A stretch of 64,000 nucleotides of DNA from a virus (taxonomy: Duplodnaviria > Heunggongvirae > Uroviricota > Caudoviricetes): IMG/VR virus record IMGVR_UViG_3300029736_000004, one strand, 5' to 3'. The notes beneath the pieces were generated by a model that saw nothing but the letters and a program-made list of their open reading frames with translations, was not told where the DNA came from and ran no database searches. The translations under genes were made by a program, and so were the position numbers. Shown one piece after another: positions 38,777 to 48,478 of the stretch. Each line of letters opens with the position of its first letter. Position 1 is the first letter of the stretch.

Positions 38777-38973
38777 TGGACATCATGCAGGCGGTAAAAA
38801 AAATCAGGGAAGGACAGGCTGAAGTGTGCCGCCGTAAAGCATGGAGTGTTGGTATATGGATCTGGCCTGATAATTGCTCTACTACCGGATGGTTTTGTAT
38901 TAATGGATGCCAGATCCGGGAAGTCGATTTATCGATGGCGGATGCAGTCGGTAATGATTGGATCGTAACTTGA
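38776..38973 (+). CDS. small protein with W..G..V.RR..W and C-terminal DWIV signature
   Basis: 65 aa; GGGGAGG SD; start overlaps upstream stop; one of four paralogous domains in the window. Confidence 0.4.
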   Translation: MDIMQAVKKIREGQAEVCRRKAWSVGIWIWPDNCSTTGWFCINGCQIREVDLSMADAVGNDWIVT

Positions 38974-38982
38974 AGTGTGATG

Positions 38983-39005
38983 CCCCGGCCTGGCCGGGGC
39001 TTTTT
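38983..39005 (+). terminator. rho-independent terminator
   Basis: GCCCCGGCC-T-GGCCGGGGC hairpin followed by TTTTT. Confidence 0.6.
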
Positions 39006-39490
39006 CATGCCTCATTAGTTGAGGTTGCTGCGTCTCCGACAGGTAACAGAGCTGTATTGCGTGGTTCGCCAGCAGGCCAGCGATAGCCAGACACTCTTGA
39101 TGTTGGGAATGCGCGAATATTAACAGCATCCCCCTGGTTCCCACCCAAGACAAGCAGATCGCCATTGGCGCGGCGTCCGACAACAAAGCCTACATGCCCA
39201 CCGCCTGCGCGAGTAAATACAACGATACATCCGTATGCCGGTGTATCTAATTTCTCGCCCCAATCCAGATAGGATTTTGCCGACTCAAATCTTGTTGAGC
39301 GGATACCTACACGTTCCAGCATTGCACCAACAAATGCAGCGCACCACGGCGTTTCGTCGTCTTTAATTCCGCTGCGCTTAATATCCCGCCAGAACTGGAC
39401 GATCTCAGGATTGTGTTTCGCTCCTTTTATTTCGGTGACTCCAATATTTTTACGGGCCTCAATAAGCCAACGAGGTTCATTGTTTGCCAT
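39005..39490 (-). CDS. peptidoglycan hydrolase (CHAP/NlpC-P60-like, TIGR02594-type)
   Basis: 161 aa; conserved Cys (ETPWCAAFVG) and His (GGHVGFVVG) spaced as in cysteine-peptidase cell-wall hydrolases; GGGAGA SD. Confidence 0.45.
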   Translation of the reverse strand: MANNEPRWLIEARKNIGVTEIKGAKHNPEIVQFWRDIKRSGIKDDETPWCAAFVGAMLERVGIRSTRFESAKSYLDWGEKLDTPAYGCIVVFTRAGGGHVGFVVGRRANGDLLVLGGNQGDAVNIRAFPTSRVSGYRWPAGEPRNTALLPVGDAATSTNEA

Positions 39491-39627
39491 ATATTTCTCC
39501 CGGTCATGGGTTAATAAGTAGGCAAACTATGGTGAGTATATGATTTTGACGGTAGTATCGTTCATCCCTGAAAATAACATTCTCCATACCCTCTCAAACC
39601 GTACCGCTTAAGGCGGATTTAACGGTT

Positions 39628-42600
39628 TTGAGGGGGCTTCCTTTGGACAAAATAATTGATTCAATTAGCCAGGCCACCAGCATTGGGGCGCTGATTGAAA
39701 TTGTTAGTCGGTTGCATAAACCGCGAGCTGTAGTGACCTTTGGCGTTAAGAAAGTCGATGGCGTCAGTATTCAGAAAACACGCCGGGCAGCAAACAACGC
39801 CGCAGTAAATCTTCTTAATTCCCTTCCGCCTGGCTTCGATGGGGCGAAATTAACTGACGAACAGCGTCAGATTCTTGCCGGGTATACCGGTGAAGGCGGC
39901 CTGACAGATGGTGAGGGCAGCCAATACGAATACTATACGCCACAGTTTATGGCAGAAGGTATATGGGATCTCTTCGGCGACTACGGTATTGATAGCGGTC
40001 ACGTACTGGAACCGTCAGCAGGCACAGGTATTTTCCAGGAGACAAAACGGCAGGGCATGATAATGACCAGCGCCGAACTGTCTCCGATCTCCGGTCGAAT
40101 AAACCAGCTTTTGCACCCGGAAGATGATGTGAATATCGGGGCGTTTGAGGCGCTGGCGGCGAAAGATGCAATGTATGACCACGCAGTTGGTAACGTACCG
40201 TTTGGCGAAGGGCGTTCCGGCGTCGCCGGGCTTGATCCGGCATATGCAAACGAGAAGAACGTTGGCAATTATTTTGTGCTGCGCACGATCGACAAGGTTA
40301 AGCCTGGTGGACTAATTGTATTGGTGGTGCCGAATGGCATGACCGATGGTACGAAATACAAAAAATTGCGCGATAAAGTCAGCCGTAAAGCGGAATTTTT
40401 GGGCGCGCATCGTATGCCTTCTGGTACGTTCAGCGAATCCGGTACAGATACCGTGGTGGACGTATGGGTATTGCGTAAACACCCGGAAACCTTCCTGGAG
40501 ATGATCCCCGACACGGATGATGCAACGCTCAAATCGGCAAACGTCCTTTGGGATACCTTCCTCAAAGGGAAATGGTTTACAACCGAAGGGAAGCGATTTG
40601 TTTACGGCGACATGGAACGCACCAGCTTCCGCAATACCCTGGTGGTGAAAAAGGACGGTCGTGTATCCAATGAGTCGATGAAAACCGCGTTATCACGCCG
40701 CTTTGAAAGCCGTATTAATTGGGATTTGCTCGGAGTAACTACCCAGGCATGGCAGGGCGCAAAAGTAGGGGATAAGCGTCTTGTAGGCGGTATCTGGCAT
40801 GAGTTTGATGGCCTGAAATGGGTTAAGGACACGACAACCAAATCCTCCGCGCTTGATGTAAGTCGATATGGTGTTTCGACGTTTGGCGATCTGCAGATCG
40901 CGTTCCAGTCAACAAACGGGATTCTGGCTTTGTCATGGGACCAGATATCGGCGATCGCGTCCGACTATCCATCGGTTGTCAGTGATGAAGTGGCAGCAAT
41001 GATTCGCTTTGCTGGCAAACAGCGAGAAAAAGACAGGGAGCGCGTTATGCGCGGTGCACTGATAGGTCAGTTGATCAACAAGGCACTTGATTTGCGTAAC
41101 CTGGGGGGGAACGTTGATGACAAACTGGCAGATGCATCCCGCCTGGCGGCAGCAGAAGTTGCGAAGTATGGACCACCGCACGCGATTAAGCTGAATGGGC
41201 TTGCAGAAGCTGGAGCTAAAAACTGGATGACGTTCACTGGCAATGTGAAACAGGATGGTTCCACTTCTGACCTTCTGGCAGGGCGACTTGATGTAACGGA
41301 TGGTGCTGCCGGTATTGACTTTACACGTCCGGAACAAGTGATAGCACATCTTTTCAGTGATGTAGCCCTTAATCCTATAACGCTGGGCGACTTTCGTGAG
41401 GCGTTTGCTGGTGAACTGCCAGAGGACGACGACGCGGCCCTTGAATACCTGGCGAAATTTGATGATATCGCTATTGATGGGTATGGCTGCCTGCTGCCGA
41501 TGGACCGCGCCACCAGCGGCGATATTGCAACCAAAACAACATTGCTGGTGGGCTGGCGTGATGCGTCAACAGGTGAACAGAAAGCGAACTTTGAGCGTCA
41601 GTTGGCGAAAATCGAAGAGAAACGCATTTTCACGCCACTAAATAAAGTCACCGTTAATCTGAACGCCCGCTGGCTGGATCGCCGCTTGATAAAAGAGTTC
41701 CTGGCAGAGCAGGGCTATGACGAGTTTAAGTACACTGAACCTGATCTGAAGGTCGTCGATGGCATTCTGGTATCTCCGGACGATTACGAAGGTAAGGACG
41801 GGGTATTTACCGGCTATCAGCTACGAACCGTAAACGGCAAAAACGGGAATGAGTTCAAGAAGGCCAACAATAAAGACGGCTTCCTGAACCAGTTAGAAAA
41901 CTACCTGAACGGTGTTAAACCGCGTGGGCAGAACGCTAACGAGTACCTGGATAAAATTGCTCAACTGGAAGTTAGCTTTAACGACTGGTTACGCACCCAC
42001 CCGCAGGCGGATCAGATAGCCCGTGACTATAACGACGCATTCAATGGCTTCATTCCGTTCACGCACTCTAACGCACCGCTTGGCCTGGAAGGGATTAGTG
42101 GAAAGCGCATTCCTCTGACTTATCAGAATGAAGAAGTTCGTCGCTTGTCAGAAGATGGGCGCGGCATCATGGGATTTGGTACCGGGCTGGGTAAAACCAC
42201 GACCGCGCTTGCGCTTGAGGCGTATAACTTCGAAACAGGTCGTACTAAACGCACGTGTATTGTTGTTCCGAAGGCGGTTTATCAGAACTGGTATCACGAG
42301 GCACAGAGCTTCTACAGTGCTGATGCCTTCGCCAATATGATGTTTATCGGTCTGGATGAAGTTCGTGATGAAGACGGCAATATTCTGACCGCGCCGGTGC
42401 TTGATGAAAATGGCGAACCCCGCCTCGACAGTAACGGGCAGCCTCTTACCAGAAATGTTGTGAAAGAGTCCGCCAGCGCCGTTATCGTTCAGCGCATGAA
42501 CATGATCCCGTCGTCAAATTGGCGAACGGTCATCATGACAAAAGAACAATTCGCGTCTATCCCGCTACGAGAAAAAACCATCGAGGAGAACTCACAGCAA

Positions 42601-45600
42601 GCTGTCTTTAATGCTGTGGAAATGGGGCGTCTTGACCTGGCGTCTGGTAAACACCGTGATGCGCAGAAGAAGAACAAGATTAAGGATCAGGCCGCGAATA
42701 CCGGTACAACGAAGAAGCAGAATATCCCGTACTTTGAGGATATGAACTTCGATAGCGTGATTGCCGACGAGGGGCATAACTACCGCAACTCCTTTAATGC
42801 CGGGCGTGAAGCGGGACAACTGGCATATTTGCCTAACCCGGCAGTATCCAAGATGGCCCGCGACATGGCTGTAAAAGCTGCGTACATGATGAAACGCAAC
42901 AACGGGCGTGGTGTAGTCATGCTGACGGCAACTCCGCTGGTGAACAGTCCGATTGATGCCTTCAACATGCTGTCTACTGTCATTCCGCAGGAAGAGTGGA
43001 TGCGCATGGGCATTATTACGCCGGATGATTTCGTTCGCGTGTTCGGCAAAACAGCCACAGTTCAGGTTCAGAAAATTTCCGGTGAGGTGGAAGAGAAGCA
43101 GGGGCTGGTGGGCTTCCAGAACCTTGATGGTCTGCGTGGTATTTTCCACCGTTGGACCACTCTGAAGACTGCCGCAGATGTCGGAGCGACGGTTAAAATT
43201 CCCGACATCATCGAGAACACCTTGCAGATCCCGATGACAGGGGAGCAGGAGGCTGCTTATGAAGAGCTTCGTAAGCGTGCTCAGGAGTTAAGTCGCAATG
43301 ATGAGCTGACAGTCGATGAAAACGGGCATATCACTAACGACAAACCGGATGATTTCATCTTCTCCATCATCCGCGACATGGATAAGGTTGCTATAGATCC
43401 GGATCTGTATGCCAGTGCGATTACATTCCAGTTCCCCGTTGAGCTTGCAGACAAGGTAAAAGCTATTGCGGATGCCCTGCCAAAAGTCGCAGGCGGTAAA
43501 GTGGCAGATGATGCAGACGAGGCCGAAGAAGACGGCGCTGGTGGACTGGTCAGTACGCGTACCAGCAAGGTAGTGAAGACCACCTTTAGTGAACATCCGG
43601 CGCATGTTGAAATACGCGCCAGCATTGAACTGGAAGCTGAAATACTGAAGGCCATTGCTGCCGCCGGGATTGATCTGCAGCAGGTATCACACCCCATCCC
43701 GCCGAAGTATGCCGCGCTGATCGAAAACCTTCGTGAAGGTTTGAAGAACGGTAAACAAATTGTCTTCATTGATGAAAAAGCCCAGCACCAGAAGCTGCGC
43801 CGTATTATCGCCAGTGCACTGCAAATGCCGGAGCAGGAGATAGGCATTATCAATGCGACGACCGTTAGCCAGGCTGGCGGCATCAAGCTGAAGAAGGTGA
43901 ATAAGCCGACTGAACCTACTCCGAATAAAAACGGTGAATACAAAGAAGGGGCATGGGAAACCTACTACAGCAAACTTGCCCAATATGAGGATTATCTCTC
44001 AGCTAAAAATGATGCTGGCCTTGAGGGTATGGAAGGCATTGCCGCCGACTATAACGAAGGGCGCACGCGCATCATTATCTGTAACAAGAAGGCTGAAGTA
44101 GGTATTAACCTGCATATCGGGACAACCGATATCCACCACCTGACACTACCCTGGACACCAGCCAGTATCGACCAACGAAATGGGCGCGGTGCGCGCGTAG
44201 GTTCACCGCAAGAGAAGGTCAATGTTCACTACTATTGTGGCAAAGGCACATTCGACGACTTCCGTCTGGATACGCTGAAACGTAAGAAAGACTGGATCAA
44301 GATGGTGATGACCTCCGACATGTCAGAGATCGCCAATGGTGATGCGGATGATGCTGATGAACGCGCCATTATGCTGGCGGCAAACCCGGAAGAACGCCGC
44401 GCAATCATGGCTCGCCAGGCGCAAGAGCGCGAAGAACGTCTGAAACTGAAAGCACAGCGCGAGGCCAACAATGCTCTCGATATCTACCTGAAAGCGGCAA
44501 ACGCCGCTGGAAAAGATATCGGCATGATGGAGACAGAACTGAAAAGCGCGATGGAACAGATAGAGTATTACCAGCGAAATCTTGACGACCTGATAAAAGC
44601 GGGTACGAACAGGAATGGGCAAAAATTCGCGCTTGAGCAGTTGAGTAGCTACAGAAAACGTGCGCGGGTGCTGCGGTTTGCGATCACCAGGGCAAAAGAC
44701 GCGGATACCATAATGAAACGCTCTCGTGGTGATGTGGAGCGAGCTATTAAGTCTGGTGTGCTGGATATCAGTATCGATGTTATTCAGAACCCACAGGAAT
44801 ATATGCGCACTGACAAGAATATCCTGTTGCATAAAGGTAGTTATTACCGTGCAGTCATTGATGATCGCGAAACAACAGCGATTGTCCGGGTGGAAAAAAT
44901 TGACGGTGAAAAAGCACAATACCTCTGCCGTATCGCCTGGCTGGATAGAGCAAGTCGTTACGCTCGATCACCGGGGTCAATCGTTACATTGCCGTTTGAC
45001 TCTGTGATTGAAGCGGTAACTTTTGAAGAGGGGGTAGCTGAATCGCGCGCAACGGCTGCGCGTGGTGTTCAGTGCCACCAGCTATCAACAATACTTACTC
45101 GCGATCAGTTCTATGATGCTATTCGCAATGGGGTAATGAATGTTATTGCTGGTAAACCTGGTAATGCATGGGGCGGTGGGTCAGCTATTAAATACTGGGC
45201 ATATCGCACAGATGATGGTCAGATCGCGCTGTCATCGGCCTATGATGGCGTGATAGGCCAAAAAATCGGGCGAGCATCGGATATAGCACCTGAACGATGG
45301 ATATATCCAGATGGCAACGATGAGGCGCTGAAGCGTGAAGTGGCAAAAATACAAGCCAGTGATAACCCGCTGAATATCGTGGACGGCGAGGGATTCCTCC
45401 AGGCATTGTATGGGTATGATTACATCCAGGGAATGCAGGCATGGGGCGCACAGGCAACGATGGATGATGTTGTCCAGGAGTTCGAAAACTGGATGGCTGG
45501 GCGTGGTCTGTCAGGTCGTTCGCTTAATAAAGTCACTTCTGAAGATATTCTTAGCTTGTTCCGCAAACCGTCCGGAGAAGGTCTGGAATCATTCTGGAGG

Positions 45601-46479
45601 ACCGTGCTGGCATACCGTTTATTCAAGGGCAGAATGAAAGCCTTTAGCAATATCGATGATATTGAACGGATGTTTAATCAGGTCAAGATCGCGAAAATTA
45701 AGACGAAGATCGAAAAAACACGTTCTGCGCTGGTGGCCTGGCGCGATGCATTGTTTGAGCAATATAAATCACTCAGTGATGCAGATGGATGGGCGGCATT
45801 GGAACAGTTGGCGAATAATGGGGTAGATGGAGCGAAACTCGCCATAGTCCAGGCTGATAACCCCCTGGAATCACCGGCAGCACAGTGGATTAAGGTGGGG
45901 GCTGTCATCAATGCATTTGATGAAAAACACATTAGTAAGGACGATTTTGCTGATGCTGTTTCTGTTAATCGCCTGGTAGAAATGGCTACCCGCCGCGCCC
46001 GTGAGTTGAAAGACGGTGACTATGTGAATGAGTTGCCGGATGCGCTCAAATCAGCAACGTGGCAAGACTATGTATCGCTGAAAAACGGCGGGGCCACCGA
46101 ATCAGAGATCGCGGAAAGGCTTGAACAGGCTGAAAGCAAAAGAGAAGAGCAGGCGGCAGTGGCTGAAGCCAGAGCTGATGAAGCGGCGAATGATGACTAT
46201 ATCATTGTGGTTAATGATAAGCCGATTCGCGCTAAGGCGCGTGTTCGCGGGCGCTGGTGGAGTGTCAGCGAGGACGTCGGTGCGGTTTATCTCATTGCCG
46301 ACCAACCTGGTTCCTCGACAATACGGAACGCCAAAGACGCGATTAAGAAGATTGGCGGGCGTTTCTGGAATTTTGAAGCAAACCCGGTTGCTGATGTGAA
46401 CTTTGACCGTCCGGCATGGATGGTATCTACGCGTTACTCGGTAGATGAACTGCGTAAAATAATCGCCGATGCGGCCTAA
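39628..46479 (+). CDS. DarB-like N6-adenine methyltransferase / SF2 helicase fusion
   Basis: 2283 aa; MTase motifs EPSAGTGIF and GNVPFGEG; helicase Walker A GFGTGLGKTT, DEGH box, motif VI QRNGRGARVG; start may be TTG 39628 or 39643. Confidence 0.7.
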   Translation: MRGLPLDKIIDSISQATSIGALIEIVSRLHKPRAVVTFGVKKVDGVSIQKTRRAANNAAVNLLNSLPPGFDGAKLTDEQRQILAGYTGEGGLTDGEGSQYEYYTPQFMAEGIWDLFGDYGIDSGHVLEPSAGTGIFQETKRQGMIMTSAELSPISGRINQLLHPEDDVNIGAFEALAAKDAMYDHAVGNVPFGEGRSGVAGLDPAYANEKNVGNYFVLRTIDKVKPGGLIVLVVPNGMTDGTKYKKLRDKVSRKAEFLGAHRMPSGTFSESGTDTVVDVWVLRKHPETFLEMIPDTDDATLKSANVLWDTFLKGKWFTTEGKRFVYGDMERTSFRNTLVVKKDGRVSNESMKTALSRRFESRINWDLLGVTTQAWQGAKVGDKRLVGGIWHEFDGLKWVKDTTTKSSALDVSRYGVSTFGDLQIAFQSTNGILALSWDQISAIASDYPSVVSDEVAAMIRFAGKQREKDRERVMRGALIGQLINKALDLRNLGGNVDDKLADASRLAAAEVAKYGPPHAIKLNGLAEAGAKNWMTFTGNVKQDGSTSDLLAGRLDVTDGAAGIDFTRPEQVIAHLFSDVALNPITLGDFREAFAGELPEDDDAALEYLAKFDDIAIDGYGCLLPMDRATSGDIATKTTLLVGWRDASTGEQKANFERQLAKIEEKRIFTPLNKVTVNLNARWLDRRLIKEFLAEQGYDEFKYTEPDLKVVDGILVSPDDYEGKDGVFTGYQLRTVNGKNGNEFKKANNKDGFLNQLENYLNGVKPRGQNANEYLDKIAQLEVSFNDWLRTHPQADQIARDYNDAFNGFIPFTHSNAPLGLEGISGKRIPLTYQNEEVRRLSEDGRGIMGFGTGLGKTTTALALEAYNFETGRTKRTCIVVPKAVYQNWYHEAQSFYSADAFANMMFIGLDEVRDEDGNILTAPVLDENGEPRLDSNGQPLTRNVVKESASAVIVQRMNMIPSSNWRTVIMTKEQFASIPLREKTIEENSQQAVFNAVEMGRLDLASGKHRDAQKKNKIKDQAANTGTTKKQNIPYFEDMNFDSVIADEGHNYRNSFNAGREAGQLAYLPNPAVSKMARDMAVKAAYMMKRNNGRGVVMLTATPLVNSPIDAFNMLSTVIPQEEWMRMGIITPDDFVRVFGKTATVQVQKISGEVEEKQGLVGFQNLDGLRGIFHRWTTLKTAADVGATVKIPDIIENTLQIPMTGEQEAAYEELRKRAQELSRNDELTVDENGHITNDKPDDFIFSIIRDMDKVAIDPDLYASAITFQFPVELADKVKAIADALPKVAGGKVADDADEAEEDGAGGLVSTRTSKVVKTTFSEHPAHVEIRASIELEAEILKAIAAAGIDLQQVSHPIPPKYAALIENLREGLKNGKQIVFIDEKAQHQKLRRIIASALQMPEQEIGIINATTVSQAGGIKLKKVNKPTEPTPNKNGEYKEGAWETYYSKLAQYEDYLSAKNDAGLEGMEGIAADYNEGRTRIIICNKKAEVGINLHIGTTDIHHLTLPWTPASIDQRNGRGARVGSPQEKVNVHYYCGKGTFDDFRLDTLKRKKDWIKMVMTSDMSEIANGDADDADERAIMLAANPEERRAIMARQAQEREERLKLKAQREANNALDIYLKAANAAGKDIGMMETELKSAMEQIEYYQRNLDDLIKAGTNRNGQKFALEQLSSYRKRARVLRFAITRAKDADTIMKRSRGDVERAIKSGVLDISIDVIQNPQEYMRTDKNILLHKGSYYRAVIDDRETTAIVRVEKIDGEKAQYLCRIAWLDRASRYARSPGSIVTLPFDSVIEAVTFEEGVAESRATAARGVQCHQLSTILTRDQFYDAIRNGVMNVIAGKPGNAWGGGSAIKYWAYRTDDGQIALSSAYDGVIGQKIGRASDIAPERWIYPDGNDEALKREVAKIQASDNPLNIVDGEGFLQALYGYDYIQGMQAWGAQATMDDVVQEFENWMAGRGLSGRSLNKVTSEDILSLFRKPSGEGLESFWRTVLAYRLFKGRMKAFSNIDDIERMFNQVKIAKIKTKIEKTRSALVAWRDALFEQYKSLSDADGWAALEQLANNGVDGAKLAIVQADNPLESPAAQWIKVGAVINAFDEKHISKDDFADAVSVNRLVEMATRRARELKDGDYVNELPDALKSATWQDYVSLKNGGATESEIAERLEQAESKREEQAAVAEARADEAANDDYIIVVNDKPIRAKARVRGRWWSVSEDVGAVYLIADQPGSSTIRNAKDAIKKIGGRFWNFEANPVADVNFDRPAWMVSTRYSVDELRKIIADAA

Positions 46480-46515
46480 CAGATAAGGAGCGGCCCCAAC
46501 CGGGGCCGAATTTGA

Positions 46516-46950
46516 ATGACGACATTAATTGACACTGTAAAACCGACGGAATCCTACCTTGAGGACATTTTGCCGCAGGCGCTCAATGGCAGGAGTGAAG
46601 AGGCGTTTCTGGATGCATATCTGGATGGCATGGCGGAAAGGCTGAAAAGAGATCCACAGCTTTATCATCTTTATGGGCCGTGGTGGCCTGCGCTTAAAAC
46701 GTTATTGCTGGAGCGCGGCGACATATCATTTGGACAAGTTGTAGATAGTGATGTGGCAGAAATCTACAAAATGAGTCGCCCGGCGCTTACGGTTTTAGCC
46801 GGGCATCTGTATTCGAGCGATCGCCTGGAAAATGACGCGGTATACAATCCCGTTCATGCTCTGGAAGTCGCGCCTTATGCTGATGATACAGAGCCATACG
46901 TATACACAAGTTACGACGAGTCTATAGAGAAATATCGAATCGTGGGGTAG
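46516..46950 (+). CDS. hypothetical protein
   Basis: 144-aa ORF. Confidence 0.45.
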   Translation: MTTLIDTVKPTESYLEDILPQALNGRSEEAFLDAYLDGMAERLKRDPQLYHLYGPWWPALKTLLLERGDISFGQVVDSDVAEIYKMSRPALTVLAGHLYSSDRLENDAVYNPVHALEVAPYADDTEPYVYTSYDESIEKYRIVG

Positions 46951-46952
46951 CC

Positions 46953-47213
46953 ATGCGAAAGAATCGTAGGTTTACGATCGACGACTTAAAAGCGTACTCA
47001 CAAGGGAAGGGATACGCCCTTGAATACCACCGTTATAAGCGGGTATTTACCCTGCGGCATATAGAAAACCCTTCGAAATGGGGATGGATTTATTTTCCGC
47101 ACACTGACGATAAGCTGGTGGGGCTTGTTGATGATTTATCCTATGAAGGATGGATGATTGCTATCGACAAGGCGGTTACGGAAATTAACGAACCGGATAA
47201 AATAAACCATTAA
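46953..47213 (+). CDS. hypothetical protein
   Basis: 86-aa ORF, tightly spaced after the upstream gene. Confidence 0.4.
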   Translation: MRKNRRFTIDDLKAYSQGKGYALEYHRYKRVFTLRHIENPSKWGWIYFPHTDDKLVGLVDDLSYEGWMIAIDKAVTEINEPDKINH

Positions 47214-47389
47214 AAATAACAAGTTGGGTAAATGACATACAATTTACCCGGCTTGTTGACCCGCATCACCATTTACTCTAAAAACAAGTCCGACCTGTTG
47301 CATCCGCTTATCTCTTCAGTAGTATTCCCCTCGGTTTTGATAAAACTAACGCTCTTGTTATTATCGTTTTCATGATTTCAGGAAGTTTG

Positions 47390-47400
47390 TGTTAGAAATT
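47390..47400. promoter_or_regulatory. operator-like half-site (TGTTAGAAATT)
   Basis: Overlaps the start region of the VRR-NUC gene. Confidence 0.4.
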
Positions 47401-47402
47401 TG

Positions 47403-47846
47403 ATGCGAAGACGCAGGCATCATAGTGCGTATTCTGAAATATCCCCGCACGCTGCTGCACTAAGAGAGTTAGAAAGAAATCCTGACTTATTAAAACGGAA
47501 TTACGAACATTACGAACAGGTTCGCGTTCTGGATTGGCTGTATCGCAACATGCGATACGTGTATGAGCACACACACTCAACACCGAACGGCGGCCTGAGA
47601 GGCAAAAGGACAGCCATTAAGATGGTGGCAGAAGGTCAGAAGAAGGGCTATCCGGACCTTTCTATTGACCTTGCTCGTGGTGGGTATCACGGAATGCGCA
47701 TTGAGATGAAGCACGGGAGAAACCGTCTGACTCCCGAACAGCTCGTCTGGATGACCCGCCTCACGGAAGCAGGCTATTACTGCTTTGAGGCGCGCAGTGC
47801 CGATGAAGCCATAAAAGCTATCACGGAATATGTAAATCTTGATTAA
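47403..47846 (+). CDS. VRR-NUC domain nuclease
   Basis: GYPDLSIDLARGGYHGMRIEMKHGRNRLTPEQLVWMTRLTEAGY matches the VRR-NUC signature. Confidence 0.5.
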   Translation: MRRRRHHSAYSEISPHAAALRELERNPDLLKRNYEHYEQVRVLDWLYRNMRYVYEHTHSTPNGGLRGKRTAIKMVAEGQKKGYPDLSIDLARGGYHGMRIEMKHGRNRLTPEQLVWMTRLTEAGYYCFEARSADEAIKAITEYVNLD

Positions 47847-47860
47847 ACGGAGAAATAGTT

Positions 47861-48061
47861 TTGCGTTTACTTAACGTGGCTGAACTTATCCCTGCCGGTG
47901 CTAACGTTGTTGCTCGTCGCTGCTCATGGCCTCATTCTTTCTGTATAGAGCTTAAAAAGATGGATGATGGGGCATTAGAAGCCCGAAACATAGTTACCGG
48001 CGACAAGGTATGCATTACCCCGGAAAGCGCGAAAGCCAATGATTGGGAGTTTGTTCATTGA
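47861..48061 (+). CDS. small protein with W-domain signature (AGANVVARRCSW ... NDWEFV)
   Basis: 66 aa; paralogous to 38776-38973. Confidence 0.35.
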   Translation: MRLLNVAELIPAGANVVARRCSWPHSFCIELKKMDDGALEARNIVTGDKVCITPESAKANDWEFVH

Positions 48062-48369
48062 GCAGAAAACACCACGTAAATCTGACGTTTGCTGATGACG
48101 CCGGAAGAACCAGAAGCATAACCATGAAAGTTGCTTCCAGGAAAGTAACCGCTCCACTTATACGAGAGGCCGTAAGTGAACTTGATATGAGTGAGAATGC
48201 AGCTCTGTTATCGGTAAGCTGGCTTGGGAAAATGACGGATCAGGAATACTCGGATGGTATACCCCACGGTGAGCGGCAGATAGTAAAGCGCGCGTTTAGA
48301 ATTTCAGAGGTAGTTGTCGTACTGATAGCTTTGATTTATATGGCATACATGCTACTCCAACACGTCTAA
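48043..48369 (+). CDS. hypothetical tail-anchored membrane protein
   Basis: C-terminal hydrophobic helix VVVVLIALIYMAYMLL; start uncertain (possibly ATG 48124); terminator follows. Confidence 0.3.
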   Translation: MGVCSLSRKHHVNLTFADDAGRTRSITMKVASRKVTAPLIREAVSELDMSENAALLSVSWLGKMTDQEYSDGIPHGERQIVKRAFRISEVVVVLIALIYMAYMLLQHV

Positions 48370-48380
48370 ACGGTCATAAA

Positions 48381-48404
48381 CCCGCCAGTTGGCGGGTTTT
48401 TTGT
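48381..48404 (+). terminator. rho-independent terminator
   Basis: CCCGCC-AGTT-GGCGGG followed by TTTTTTGTT. Confidence 0.6.
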
Positions 48405-48444
48405 TGCCTGAGTCTTTTTATTGAAATTGCATACTAATAAAATA

Positions 48445-48458
48445 TGTTAGAAAACTAA
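48445..48458. promoter_or_regulatory. operator-like site (TGTTAGAAAACTAA)
   Basis: 20 bp upstream of the 48479 gene; ATACTAATA variant half-site at 48431. Confidence 0.4.
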
Positions 48459-48478
48459 TTTCAAGAAAGGGAACAAAC

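Noticed and set aside
43281-43943. 220-aa minus-strand ORF inside the DarB-like gene
   Set aside because: Antisense to the helicase core, whose motifs are intact on the plus strand.
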